Source of the DNA: Bilabrum cf. latius
Taxonomy: Eukaryota
Reading direction: 5' to 3'
Assembly: GCA_965178125.1 (NCBI GenBank)
Contig: OZ237756.1
Span: 620,001-684,000, forward strand
Length of the DNA stretch: 64,000 nucleotides
The notes under the pieces are model-generated. The model did not search any database and was not told the DNA's origin. It worked only from the letters and a program-made list of their open reading frames with translations. The position numbers and the translations under genes are program-made. Shown piece after piece: positions 50,906 through 63,795 of this stretch; position 1 is the stretch's first letter, and the number at the start of each line of letters is the position of its first letter.

Positions 50906-51720
50906 TATAATATCTATATAATATAATCTTTAAGTCATTTTAAACGCGTTATATTATAAAAAAGGGGCTTAAAAATAGACACTATAGAAATAGATGATTA
51001 TATTAATTAATATTATTAAAATATTAATTAATTAGACCGGTTAAATAGTTCTTTGGAAAGTATGAACCTACTTTGAAAAGTATGAACCAACTTCGGAAAG
51101 TATGAACCTACTTTGAAAAGTGTGAACCAACTTCGGAAAGTATGAACCTACTTTGGAAAGTATCATTCACAGGTCATATATTTATTTAATATGTATAAAT
51201 AAATAATAAAATGATTATCTAGAGACATCTATTAAATATTTGTTGAAATACGTGCCCACTATTTTATTATACTACTTCAAATGATACAGATACAGCGTCT
51301 TAAATTTATTATTTGTTTGTTTTAGACTGTCAAAACAACCATTTATATAACTTAGATATCTACTGTTTTCATCTGTGTCTTTATCCAAAACACAATCAAG
51401 TAATCCCATAGTTGTTTTCACATTTTTATAAGCGTTTAGATAATTATCATAAAAGTCTAATAGGTCTTCTAGTTCAGTTATATGATAATCTTTAGATTCT
51501 TTCTTAGTGGAGAAAATAGTGCTTTCCGTTTTCTCACGCTTTATAAAAGCCTCAGTCATTTTTTCTTCTTTTTTAAAGGCAATTTTGATTTCTTTTGATA
51601 CGAGTCTATAAAAATTGTTCATTGTATCATAATAATTATCCATTGTGTGTATAATATCTATATAATATAATCTTTAAGTCATTTTAAACGCGTTATATTA
51701 TAAAAAAGGGGCTTAAAAAT
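50906..51720. promoter_or_regulatory. Duplicated 71-bp bidirectional promoter-like block (50906-50976, 51650-51720)
   Basis: Identical copies with AAAATGACTTAAA on the minus strand and GGCTTAAAA on the plus strand. Confidence 0.65.
51215..51643 (-). CDS. Hypothetical protein, 142 aa
   Basis: ORF 51272-51643 extended through TAG to TAA. Confidence 0.6.
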
Positions 51721-51747
51721 TAATTACTATACATATTATATATAAAT

Positions 51748-52554
51748 ATGGACAAATAGAGATTTTCATTGACCTTTGGCGATGCTGGAGAGAATCATAT
51801 AGGTATGGAAATGTTAGGTGAAAGGCTCAAGGAGGGAGAAGGATTTAAAAATGAAGATTTGAAGGGGGTGATGGAGGTATGCGAGGAGAAAGGGTTTAAA
51901 TGTGAAATGATAAATTTAGATGAAGATGTAGATGAAGATTTAGGGGCTAGGGTATTAATAGTAAGGGAATTTTATAAAAAGAAGAAAATTAAAAAAGTCT
52001 TTGACGAGTTGAAGGGGTTAGAGTGGGACAAAAAGTATTTTGATAGAAGGCGGGGGAGGGTGTTAAATAAAAATGCCCGTCATAATTTAGTATTTATGAG
52101 TGATAATGAATAGAAAGAAGATTATGAAAAGGGATAGGGACGAGTATATGATGTGAATAAATTGAAAATGATGAAGGGAGTAAAGAAAAGGGTAGATAAA
52201 TATATAAAAATGGGAATGGATAGGGTAAAAAGTAAATCCAAAAGAGTAGATTACGTTATAGAGGGTAATAATTATTATGATTTGTCCCGCACAATGATAG
52301 GATTTCACGGTGATAGTGAAAGAAGGCGTGTAATATGTCTATCAGTCGGTGGTTATGATGAGCCTATGGCGTGGTGGTGGTTCAAAAATAGCAAGCCGTT
52401 ATGTGAGCCCCGTATTATTAAATTAAATAGTGGAGATTTATATATGATGAGTGAAAAGGCGGTTGGTAGTGATTGGAAGAAGAAGAAAGTGTCCACATTA
52501 AGACACAGTTTTGGGGAAAAAGGCATATAGGCGGGATTAAAAAAATATAAGTGA
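51748..52554 (+). CDS. 2OG-Fe(II) dioxygenase (AlkB-like fold), 268 aa
   Basis: TFGDAGENHIGM, NKNARHNL, EGNNYY, IGFHGDSER (HxD), LNSGDLYMMS, TLRH; ends TGA. Confidence 0.82.
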
Positions 52555-52771
52555 TTATAATAATTAATATTATTAAAATATTAGTTAATTAGACCGGTTA
52601 AATAGTTCTTTGGAAAGTATGAACCTACTTCTGAAAGTATGAACCAACTTTGAAAAGTATGAACCAACTTTGAAAAGTGTGAAACAACTTCGGAAAGTAT
52701 GAACCAACTTCGGAAAGTATCATTTACAGGTCATATATTTATTTAATATGTATAAATAAATAATAAAATGA

Positions 52772-53062
52772 TTATCTTGCCTTATGTAATTGAATAGGTT
52801 TCTTTTCTAATAGACAAACAGCCAAATAATGAAGTACAATGTCATCATCTCTATACTTATTCCTCGTCTATATAATACATTTATAGGTTGAATATTTGAG
52901 ATATAATAGCTTCTCTCTACTGTCCTTTTTTAATTGATTGGTGATTTCTATTACCTAATCACTGTTTGTAAAAATTACGGTCAAAACTCCATCAATTTCT
53001 GTCTGGATATAGACATCGTGTGTAGGCGGTAGATTCTCAATAATTTTATTTAACTTTTCCAT
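52772..53062 (-). CDS. Hypothetical protein, 96 aa
   Basis: AAAATGACTTAAA motif upstream; open with TAG=Gln; ends TAA. Confidence 0.5.
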
Positions 53063-53109
53063 TTGATATATATTAGTTAGTTAATATATATTTAAGTCAT
53101 TTTAAACGT

Positions 53110-54999
53110 TTAAGATGTGCTTAAAAGGGCCTCGAGATCGTCTGTTTTCATTGCCGCACCTCCACGCATCGTAAGTTTTCCGCCAAGTTTATTCAATTCT
53201 CCTCCACTATTTCCATATCCATAATGTGCCGCCGCTTTGCCAATAGCGCTATTGTCTCCTGTTAGACTTTTGAGTGGTCCTATATTCCTAATGGTTTTCG
53301 CTAGGTTTTTAGCCTAATCACTTTTTGCCCAATCTTTAACCTGATTCCATCCGTGTTTAAAGGCTCGTCCAATCTTAGACCAGAAACGACCTTTTCCACC
53401 CATAACATTAGCATAATTATCTAAATCCTCAAATACAGGCTAGAAACCTTTAGAACCACTTTCAGCATCACCACGTTTAGCAAGTTCAGAAAGCACTTTA
53501 GAAGGCTCAATAAGGGCGCCAGCCTCAGTATAGACACCGTTATCATTCACAAGAACATTATCATAAAACATCCATACTTTTACCTCGTATTTATCCTCAT
53601 ACGCACCATCCGCATATTTATTATAAGGGTTGAAGCACTAAAGATTAACTTTAAGATTAAATCCAGTATTTACATTAGATTGAACACCAGCAAGTGTAGC
53701 AACATCTGAAGGTTTTAAAATCATATAGCAACCAGTACCGCGGTTTCCATCACTTCCATCAATTGATGAACCATAAAAGGATGAAGGAGGAAGAGCATAT
53801 CCGTTCTTTCTACTAATTCTATATAATTCGTGTGGATTATCTACAGCCCCTAATTCCTCAGCGCTTCCATTGAGTGAGAAACCTATTCTTCTAATTGGTA
53901 AAGTTCTATTAGCCCAGTTAGGGTTATCATCACAACCAACAAGGCGGGCACATACCATAATAGCACTAGGGATACCATTCTCACGGGATAATTGATAATC
54001 AAAAGAAGTTAAAGAATTTTCAGTTGCGGATTTAGGTACAGGGACAGGCGCCTAAGACTAAAATTTAATTGTAGGCATATTATACATACAACGAGTCGGG
54101 GGGGCGTATCCACTCTAAAATTCAACTTCATCAACAAGAAGGGTCGTATTTGTTTCTCCTATAATTGACTAACCCGTTATTTTATTAATATCTCCGTTAT
54201 CTTTTGTAAAACTAGCCTTACACAGTCTTTGAATAGCATTTACGTGATAATCTAAATCAACTTGAAGGCTTCTTACACCGGTAAAATATTTAGCATTTAC
54301 ATCAACATCTGCTCCTTTTAGTGGTATAGCTTCTTGAAAATCAATAGTCCAATCAATTTGGTCTCTATTACCCGCAACGAAATCAGCATTTACAGTCGTA
54401 AAAGCATTCCCATATGCTCCACGATAACTAAAGCTATCACCGGCACTATATCCAACATCCTAACCCCAAGCTAAAGGATTTTTAAGGGTATCACTTACTT
54501 CACGATAATCACCAACAGTGTCAGGGCGTCCAACGGGTGAGATTGTGGATAAGGTTTCTTCACTGTTCATAACTTCAGTAGGTTCAGCCCATTCATAAAC
54601 TTTTACTGTAAAAGGCTATCCATTAATTGTTAAAACACCACCTTGAAGCATTTTAAAGGTAGGTAATGAATTAGTTCCAAACCTAGATTTAAGATAAGAT
54701 TGAGCGGTAATAGCATCACCTCCCGCAGTTTGAGCTGGTACTGCTTGCTCTAGTTGTAGCCTAACTGTCATACGATGACGAAGACGAATAAACCTTGATA
54801 CGGTTTTACTAGTAGGATTAACGGGGAAAGAAAGGGGAAGAAGAGAATTAGATTGATTAGATGATGGTCTAATTTCTCGGCGGGTATATTTTTGAACACC
54901 TAGTTCTGTTCCTAAACTAGCATCTTCAGGGGTTATCATTTGAAGGCTTTTAGGAGCCTTAATGCTTACTGGTAAATTCTGAACCATTTGTTGAGCCAT
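53110..54999 (-). CDS. Virophage major capsid protein, 629 aa
   Basis: NPHELYRISRKNG aligns with SPQQLWDLSRSNG of element 2; GG-rich basic C-terminal tail; single frame. Confidence 0.87.
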
Positions 55000-55070
55000 T
55001 TTTTTATATATACACTATAGATATAAATTTTTTAATATCTAAACATATTTTATAATCTTCTATAATTTAT

Positions 55071-56024
55071 TTAAAAATCTAAACTTAAATTATCGGTTTG
55101 TTTTTTAAATACTTGTTTAATGTGAGCTTCACCCCCGTTAAAATTCATTACGGGATACTTTTCATTTTGTTTATCAACCCAGTAGAACGCCATTGACACG
55201 CTCTTAAAGCTTCTATCCTTCATCATTGAATACCAGCGGTAAGGATTAGAAACATATAATATATTTTCTATTGGTGAGCTGTCATTAGGATTATACGGGT
55301 AGCTGGTTAATATAGGGGATTTATTGACGGCTATAGAGCCACCAGTAGATGATTTAGTGGTCACCAATTCTTTATTAACTGGAATATCACTTTCTACGAT
55401 AATAGATTTAACAGGGCACCAAGAATTTAAATTCGTCTATCTAGCCATAAAAACATAATCACCACTAGCAGGGGAATTATTATATGAAAGTTTAGCAAAT
55501 AAATCACTCGGTGTGGTTGTTATTCCTTCATATTCAAATTTATCAAATAAAGCAAAAGCTTCAAAATTAACAAATAAATAATAATTATCTCTAAAATCTT
55601 CAGTTGTTGATAAACTCCATTTATTATTTTCAAATTTAAAGACTGGTTTATCACCACTTGGAAGGCTTACCAAATCACAAATTCGGCTTAACTCTTCATT
55701 AAATTCATTTACAATATCCTAATATGAATAATAAAATTTAGCTTTTTTACCTAGAACTATATAATCGCCTGCTCTGGCTCCTGATGTTTTATTCTCAAGA
55801 GTAAATTTTAAATAGGTTTTACCGCTGTCATCCTAATATTCAGGTTTAAACACCGGTAGCATAAATTTATTTAAATCCATCTCTTCAACAGCCGTTAAAT
55901 AATTTTCACTTTGTTTTAATATTAAGCCTTCACGGGTTTCATTCACTACCGCCTATCTCGTCTAATTGTGGGGGACAGATGAACTAACTAAATTCAATCT
56001 TACAAATTCATCGCTATAACTCAT
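55071..56024 (-). CDS. Virophage penton protein, 317 aa
   Basis: NETREGLIL..NYLTAV..MLPVFKP; PYRWYSM..FYWVDK..HIKQVFKK. Confidence 0.85.
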
Positions 56025-56360
56025 TTTATTTATATATTAAAGCTATACAAATAAATATTTATTAATAAACCTTATCTAATATTTCATCTTGATTTTTACC
56101 CTTCACTTTTACCAATATATTTAAAAGTTTGATTGAATTTAGATGGATGAAAAATTGCCCTTCTAAAACGATGGAACTTTTCTAAATAAAAGGGCTTATA
56201 TCTTCATTTCACCTTCACAAGAGGCCCTACATCCACGTTTTGCTAGAAAACACTATAATATATACGCAATTTGTGGATATAGCCATCGTATGGATTTTAT
56301 TTTAGAGATAATCATATTTTATTATTTTATTCTAGCCCTTTTATTAGATGGTCGGAGTAT

Positions 56361-56936
56361 TCAATGTAGAAGCAACGCCACTAACTAATCAGGACTAAGA
56401 GCCATAATTTTGGATATTCTAAACATTTCATTTACAAACTAATCATTTGATAAGAAAGAAAAAGCGTTTCTTAATAGAGCCCATCTTCCACACGTAGCGC
56501 TGTTGTTAGCATAACTCTAAATCGGTTTATGATTATAATCAATTTTCCAACCTTCCATTTTCTAATCAATTAAATACTTTACCAGCGTATTTTCTTCTCC
56601 TTCTCCTTGATACAATTGGTCTCTATTAATAAATGGTTTCTATTGGTCGGGTTTTTCTCCATAGCTATCAAAGAAGTATATTATTTTGCTTGATGGTTTT
56701 CTGGTCAATGAAATGAAATGACCGTATGTGCTATTTAGTCCCGTCTTTTTATTAGGATAATAAATAATTACGCCGTCATAACCATCAAAAATATGTTCAA
56801 TAGATGAGGTCTATTTAATAATATCATCGTAAATAACTATTCTAGGTTTGTAATTCAAATGTGCTACACCTAATTTTTGAATTTCTAAAGGAGATAACGG
56901 TGTTTGGACTAGTCTATTTAAGTCGTTTATGTTCAT
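56361..56936 (-). CDS. Adenain-like maturation cysteine protease, 191 aa
   Basis: YGHF, FFDSYG, YNHKPI(TAG)SYANNSATCGRW. Confidence 0.92.
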
Positions 56937-56944
56937 TTATATAT

Positions 56945-58015
56945 TCAATAGAGAAATATTTTTTTTGTGCTAACTACATAATTATTATCAACATTAATAG
57001 CAACATAACCAAAGAGAGGGAGAGAATGAAGGGTTTTTTTAATTCGTTTTCTAGTAGGAGCGTCAAAACTTAAGACTGTTTCTAAAATATATTTTAAACT
57101 TTTAGCTGTAATTGTTTTATAAATGATATGGGTTGTAATTTCGTTCATAATGGTTCGTGTCTTCATACCGTCGCTTATTTTGTGGGTGATGTCTAAAACG
57201 CTACTTGCTGTGTGCCTTCCTGTAGTTGCTAGGATTTCCAATAAAAAATAAGCCTTTGCTTTCTGGTTCCTTTTTTTAAAGCCTTCGTAATCATCCAGAA
57301 TAAATAAATTAGGTTCAGCGGTCAATTTTTTAAAAAACTCAACATTTAATTTAAAACCTTTTTCTATTAAATCTTTCTCAGGTTTCAAATCCTCTATCTT
57401 TCTTTCAGCTTCAATAACAACATCTAAAGGTTTAGATTTCATCAAAGAAGATTTTTTATATTTAAATTCTAATTTCATTTTTTTATAATAAGCCATTTTT
57501 TCCTTATATAAAGTGTTTTCATTCTCTTTAACCAAATCATCTATATCAATGAAGGTCGCGCCTTCTCTTTTATATTTAGGGTCTTGAATTGGTGATATAA
57601 CATACATATTTTTATATTTTAATCCTCTATACATCCTTATATAATGTAAAGCTAAATGACTTTTCCCGCTTCCACTCTTACCAAATAATCGCACATATTC
57701 ACGCCCCTATGGAAAGAGCATAGGAAAAGGTAAATATTGACTATTATCTTTAATCGCAAATTCCTAAACTGACCGTATATATTCATCTTGTAATAGTTTA
57801 TGTAATTGTTCCCTTTTCTTGTCCTTATCAACGTTATATCTTACTCGGCTTTCTCCGTAATAAGATTTTAAAACATCATCTGTTATCTCTTCCGCTTTGA
57901 CGTGTTGAATATCTTTAGCGTTCGGGTCGTAATAAATAAACCGGTTCTATTGTGTTTTTTTATATTTTTGAATAGCTACAATATGGCTATTTTCCGTATA
58001 TTGTAAAGATAGCAT
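56945..58015 (-). CDS. FtsK/HerA-type genome packaging ATPase, 356 aa
   Basis: GKSGSGKS, FILDDYE, TGRH; N-terminus recovered through TAG. Confidence 0.9.
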
Positions 58016-58107
58016 TATATATAATAATAAAATAAAATAAACCATTTATTCACACGGGTTTAAAATATTAAGTTGGTTCCTTCTTCTATCCTTCCTCACA
58101 AAAAAAG

Positions 58108-58923
58108 TTATAGAGACATAATTATATTTTTAATTTCCGCCCGTGTTTTCCTATTTATGTATTGGTCAATCCACGATATTATCTTATTAATATTTGCTTT
58201 AGAATACTTTGAAAATTGTTTTATTATTTCCACATTTCCTAATGCTTTTCTCATTAGTCCTTTTAGGCTTTGAAATGATTTTGACTTCTCGCTTTGATGT
58301 CCTTTTATTCTTAGCATACTTTCTAATCGCATTCTTATGGAATATAAATATCCTAATGCTTCCCTATCAATTAAATCATTGACTCTTTTTTCATTCCTCT
58401 TCTCACCTCTTAATTTAAATAAATCCTTCAATCGTTTTAATACTTTAAAATTATTAGAACCAAAGTATTTATCTACATCTCTTATTAATCCATCTTTTAC
58501 CTCGTCCTAATCTATTTCATAATCACTTATATGATAAATTATGCTTATTTCATCTATAAATTTTCCATCAAAAGCCCAAAAATCAATTTTTAAGTATGGT
58601 TTATCTCCGCTAAATATCTATTTATAAATGGTTTTAACGGGTGTAGATATGAATGCTTTTATGGTCTTGTATTTTTTATTACCAGCTTTAACCTCAATAA
58701 AATTAACCTAACTTATAAAAACCTTTACAAATCTTATTAAACTATTTATAAATTCAGGCTCTACCCTCTAATATAAATCTATATCACTAGCAAACAAGGA
58801 ATAATAAGGAATAGCATACGAACCATTTAAAAATAAATTAGCCCCCTTCTTAAAATTCACCTCATCAAATATATCGTTCTCGTATTCATTAAAATAAGCT
58901 TGTGTCAATTCATTAATTTTCAT
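58108..58923 (-). CDS. Putative Pol-beta-superfamily nucleotidyltransferase, 271 aa
   Basis: NGSY...FASDIDLY (GS..DxD) and KIDF. Confidence 0.6.
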
Positions 58924-58980
58924 TATATATTATAAGTATGGATAAATAACAAATTATATATACCCAATATATACAATAAT

Positions 58981-59370
58981 ATGAGCGTTAAATAGAGCAT
59001 AAATGATATGACAAATAAAAGCCTTCATCATCTTGGAATAAACAGAAATGATTATAAAAAAGAAATTGATAAAATGGTTGAAGATACCGCAAACCAAATA
59101 TTAAACGCAACCACAAAAGGAAAGACAAAAGGGGGAGCTGTAAACTTTCTTGGTGGATAGCCGAACGTTCTCGCTGGAGGTCCCAATTATCTCGCTGGAG
59201 GAAAAAAGAAGGGTTCAAAGAAAGCCCCTAAAGCTAAAAAGCCCCGTAGTGCTAAATAGTTAAAGAGGGATAAATTAATGAAATGGTGCCGTCAAAAGGG
59301 AATGACTATGAAAGCCAGCAATTCCTTTATAAAGAAACACGACCTTATGAATAAGGATATTTCATTTTAA
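58981..59370 (+). CDS. Small basic core-like protein with repeated GG sites, 129 aa
   Basis: KGG, LGG, AGG, AGG followed by a Lys-rich segment. Confidence 0.65.
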
Positions 59371-59447
59371 AAGACAGCCTACCAATTGACATATTATCTC
59401 TTAAGTTTATAAATTATTAATTATATCATTAATAATATATATATACA

Positions 59448-61526
59448 ATGTCAAACAATACAATTAATGATTTACTGAAGGGTATTATGTAGAAACGGTC
59501 TAATCAACTTAGGATACAAAATGACCCACAAGTTAGATTAATGATATAGCAAGAAGAAGATGAAGCAGAAGCCAGAAGAAAAACCCTAAAAGATGATGCT
59601 TTCCTTCGTGCTAATTATGTTCCTATTGATGTTAGAATTGAAAGACAACAACAACAACAAGGAATTGAAAATATTATTAAAAATATTAAGACTATGAACG
59701 CTAAAAAAGAATTACCAATTTATCAAATAGAAAATTTACAATCATTTATAAATAGAAATCCAGATTTACCGGATAAATTAAAAAGATAGGTTGTAGATAC
59801 CATTAATAATATTAATGTAAGGTAGGTAGTAGGACCAGCAAGCGATAAGAAAAAGGTATTTGATGGAATTAAAAATATTAATATGAGATTATTTACAACC
59901 ACTAAAGCACAACGGGACGCAGTATTAGAACAATTACCAAGCGATATGAGAGGATTAAAAGCAGTTCAAATACGAAACGCTTTACGACAAGCTGGAATCA
60001 CGAAAACCCCCCAAGGATAGAATGTTTCACAATTAACAAAAGTTGATGACGCTGTTAATGCTTTATAGGATGTTTTAAATCCTCCTGAAGCCGTTCAACA
60101 ATAGCAAAGAGATGACCCGCAACCTGATAGACCTGAACCAGATAACCCGCAACCGCCACCAGAACCAAGACCAAAACCCCCTCCAACACCACAAGAAGCA
60201 TTAAGCCCAGAACTACAAGAACAAATTGAAGCACTTGAAAGAGTAGCAAACGCCAATCCTTCAAGTAGTAGAAAAGCACCAAAGAAAACCGAACTAGCAA
60301 AAATACTTAGAGAGTCAAATGTTAAAGGTGTAAAAGGACGGTCTAAAGTTGATTTTATAAAAAGTGCTTAGAAGAAATTATCAGAACTTAAACAAAAAGC
60401 ACAAGAACAAGAGGCATCACAATCATCAGGACAAGAAGAAGAAGGGGAGAACGCCAGTAGAAATTTATCAGGCTAGTTTTCAAAAGTATCACCCGCACCA
60501 GTTCCACCTAGTGGATTCTTACAAGCATCACCAGCACCACAAGGACAATCACCAGAACAAGAACAAGGACAATCACCAGAACAACAACAAAGCACATTTG
60601 GTTCTTTAGGACAATCGGTTATGGATGGTATCAGTTATTTAACAGGAAAAACAGGCTCACAACCACAAGCACCCCCCGCAGGTCAAGACAGAGGAAAAGG
60701 TGAAGCGATGGCAGTAGATGAAGATGGAGAACCTATTACAGATGAATTTGGAAGACAACTTACAGAAGTTCAATTCAGACAAAGACAAGCACAGGCAGAA
60801 CGAGATGAAGCACAAAGACAACAAGAAGAAAAAGAAAGACAAGCTAGAGAACGGAGGGGAGCCCCAGATGAAGTACCAAGAGATGGAGAAGCCGTAGAAC
60901 CAGCACAACAAGCACAACCAGCAGAACCAGCACAAGAACCAGCAGAACCACAAGAACCACAGAAAACAGATGAGGAAATAGCCAAATCAATAGGAAAATC
61001 AATAAATGCTAAAGGCAATAAAAATGAAATATTATCATAGTTAAAAGCAAGAGGAATAAATCCAACAGACGCCAGCCCAACAATTAACACTTTAAAATAT
61101 ATTGTACGAAGGCTTAAAGCCGGAGTCTTACAACCTAATTTATCAACTGATGCTGTTAGGTCCTTAGTAGCTAGAGCAAATACAGAAGGAAGAGCAACCA
61201 GAAGTGATAGAACATTAGCAAAATCAAGACTAAACGATACGGGATATGAATTAAGCGGGAAGCCTCAATGGACATATTCACCACCAGCTCAAGGTTTCGG
61301 AAATAAAGACCCTTATAATATGTTAATGAAAGCTATTAATTTAATTATTGATTAGAAAATAAAAACATAGAACAGGGGCGGTAGTTGTGGATGTGGCAAG
61401 CATAAAGGAGGACAAATTGAACAAGAATATTTTAATATAGCCGGTGGTAAAGGTAATCATAATGTGAAGGACAAGGTAAAACAAATCTTATATCAACACT
61501 TTGAAAAACTAAGATTATTAAAATAA
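59448..61526 (+). CDS. Large Gln/Pro/Glu-rich core-like protein, 692 aa
   Basis: Single frame with only TAG interruptions, including CAA CAA TAG CAA; ends TAA. Confidence 0.75.
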
Positions 61527-61571
61527 TTAGTCTATAGGATAATAATATTTTGTTTTGTATAGATATATATA

Positions 61572-62189
61572 ATGGCAGAGTTAGTAGCAACAGCAAGCAC
61601 GGTTGGTGGGGTGTTGGTTCCTCTAGGATATGCGGGATGCTTCCTTTGGAACTTATGTTCCTCACTTGCGAATCGTAAAAAATTGTGTTTAGTCCTTCCA
61701 CGAAAAGGAGGTAAAAGTTCACTTAACAAAAGTTTAACGTCTATAGACCCGAATATTCTATTAGTTGATTTAGATGAAGTCCTTAAAGTTAATGCTGACA
61801 CCAAACAGGTTTTATACCTAAACGAAGCAGAACGAAGAGGGGACTTATCAACGGCTAAATTATTAAAATTTGAACTTATGAAAAAAAGTATTGAGTCTGT
61901 AAAGAAAAATTGGTTATAGAAAGCAGAACATAGAGCAGTCTTTTTAACAAGTGATTTTGAACTAGCACAAGAAATATTCAAAAAATCCAGCATATGCGTA
62001 GCTATACCCAGCGATAAACTGTATAGCAAAATCCATAAAGATTTAGATAATGAAGATAAGGATGTAGCAAGACATTCACGAGCTGAATTTTTGAAAAGTT
62101 TTAACCCTAATGAGTATAGCGTGTATAATACGTTTGAAGGGCTTTCATAGATGGTTATGTCAGTCTATAATATGACCTACAGAGTGTAA
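61572..62189 (+). CDS. P-loop (kinase-like) protein, 205 aa
   Basis: LVLPRKGGKSSL..LVDLDE; homolog of 34165-34782. Confidence 0.75.
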
Positions 62190-62225
62190 TTATTTGAATA
62201 TTATTAAAATATAAATTAATAATAT

Positions 62226-63383
62226 TTATTTAGTCTTATTATTAAAATTATCCTTTAGAGTTTTTGATATATTTTTAGCCGGCTCCGTTGTTATCTTCCA
62301 TTGAATTAAATATTCATCTTGTCCCTCTTGATTCTTTCTTCTCTTTATTATTTTACCTATATCATTCTAATATTTTCTTTTAGTAGCCTCATCAACATAT
62401 GAATCTTTCCATTTAACCCTGTATGTATTATTTTTATTCTTTCTTATCAATTTTTCAATTATAAATATATCTTGTGCTTTATTCTCGTATGGTTTAGATG
62501 CTAATAACAACTAATCTCTATTAAAGTATGTATAGGGTATGCCCTCAATTTTATATAATGGGGGGTTATCTGGTTTTATTATTACTCTTTCAATTTTATA
62601 AGGCTTTACGCTATATTTAATATCTCCCGCCCTAAATGCTCCGGTCTCCTTTATCCCTTCTATACTTCTAGGATAATCTAATCCTATTCTTACCATTTCA
62701 CCCTCATTTAATACATCACATACTTCACCCTAACATCTAGGCGGTATATATGGTAGATTCTCCCTTTTCTTATTCAACATTTCCTATCTTGTTTTATAAC
62801 GCTCGTTTAATATCTCCCTCAACTTTGGTATTAAATGTCTCCAGTTCGTAATAGTTGTCCCCGTTCTTATCTCCTATGAATTCAAATAATAAAATATAGC
62901 TCTCCCTATTTCCTCATTCAATCTCTCCACCAAAGCCATCTACGATTTACGCTTCACTCTTGAAAATATATGCTCTATCTTATTCTTCTTTAGATATTCT
63001 TTAAATAATTCATTATCAAATTCTCCCCCTTTATCTGTTCGTATCATTTTAGGTTTCATTAAATAATTTCTTTTATAGATTTTTTGAAAAGCTTTTATCA
63101 CATCCTCCGCCCCTCTATCCTTTAACTCTTCAAAATCTAACGCTAACCCGCTCGTATCTATCACAACTAATAAATATTTTGAATCGTTCTTGGTAGCGTA
63201 AGGGAGATACAATAAATCAGCCTATTGGATAAGCCCCTCTTTAGTAGGTTTATAATATTTAACATAATTCAATCCTTTCGGTTTCTTTATCGGCTTCATT
63301 AAATCGTTCGTGATAGACTTCGTATTAAATCCAAAACTTGACTCATTAATATCATTATCTTTTTTCTTTCCTCTCTTACTCAT
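62226..63383 (-). CDS. rve integrase with chromodomain-like C-terminus, 385 aa
   Basis: IQ(TAG)ADLL, RTDKGGEF, (TAG)MALVERLN; YRVKWKD and YLIQWK. Confidence 0.92.
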
Positions 63384-63423
63384 TATATATATTAATTGAT
63401 TTTAATATTTATAAATTAATTAT

Positions 63424-63795
63424 TCACGGATTAAATAATTTATTAATAGCTTCATTCGTTTTAATGTGCTCCTTGGTGTCTCTTATCTCCTAATGGATAT
63501 CAACCAACTTTAATTTTTCTTTCTTAGTGAGTCCGTTCATCCTTCCCTTCAATTCTTTTAAAGTTTTCATATAAGGGGCTATAGCTTCTGCTTTCTTTTT
63601 GCTCACCTCTTTATATTCCACATTAAGAGCGGTTAATTTACTATTCACTTTATTTTTTAATTCTGTCTCTTTTATTTTTAGTTGCTTTAACTTTTGTTCT
63701 AATTCACGATTGGTCTTCTTAAAGTCTTCTACAATATCAAGAAATTCATTCTTTAACTTTGAGCGGGTATTAATCACTTTTTGTAATTTATCCAT
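63424..63795 (-). CDS. Coiled-coil protein, 123 aa
   Basis: Heptad-rich ORF extended through one TAG to TGA. Confidence 0.6.

Larger units (their letters stand above)
51004..52777. repeat. 217-bp direct repeat (51004-51220, 52561-52777) with internal 20-bp GAAAGTATGAACCAACTTCG-like tandem
   Basis: Directly visible; each copy supplies the AGA-TAA end of the adjacent minus-strand gene. Confidence 0.92.
39706..56278. repeat. Four dispersed repeats with palindromic core ATCCACAAATTGCGT-AT-rich-GCAAAACGTGGAT
   Basis: Cores at 39706-39754, 42531-42578, 50159-50206 and inverted at 56231-56278, each within 150-250 bp of wider homology. Confidence 0.9.

Noticed and set aside
242-63795. Ciliate-type code (TAA and TAG both Gln)
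   Set aside because: TAA falls at plausible gene ends and was not seen inside conserved domains
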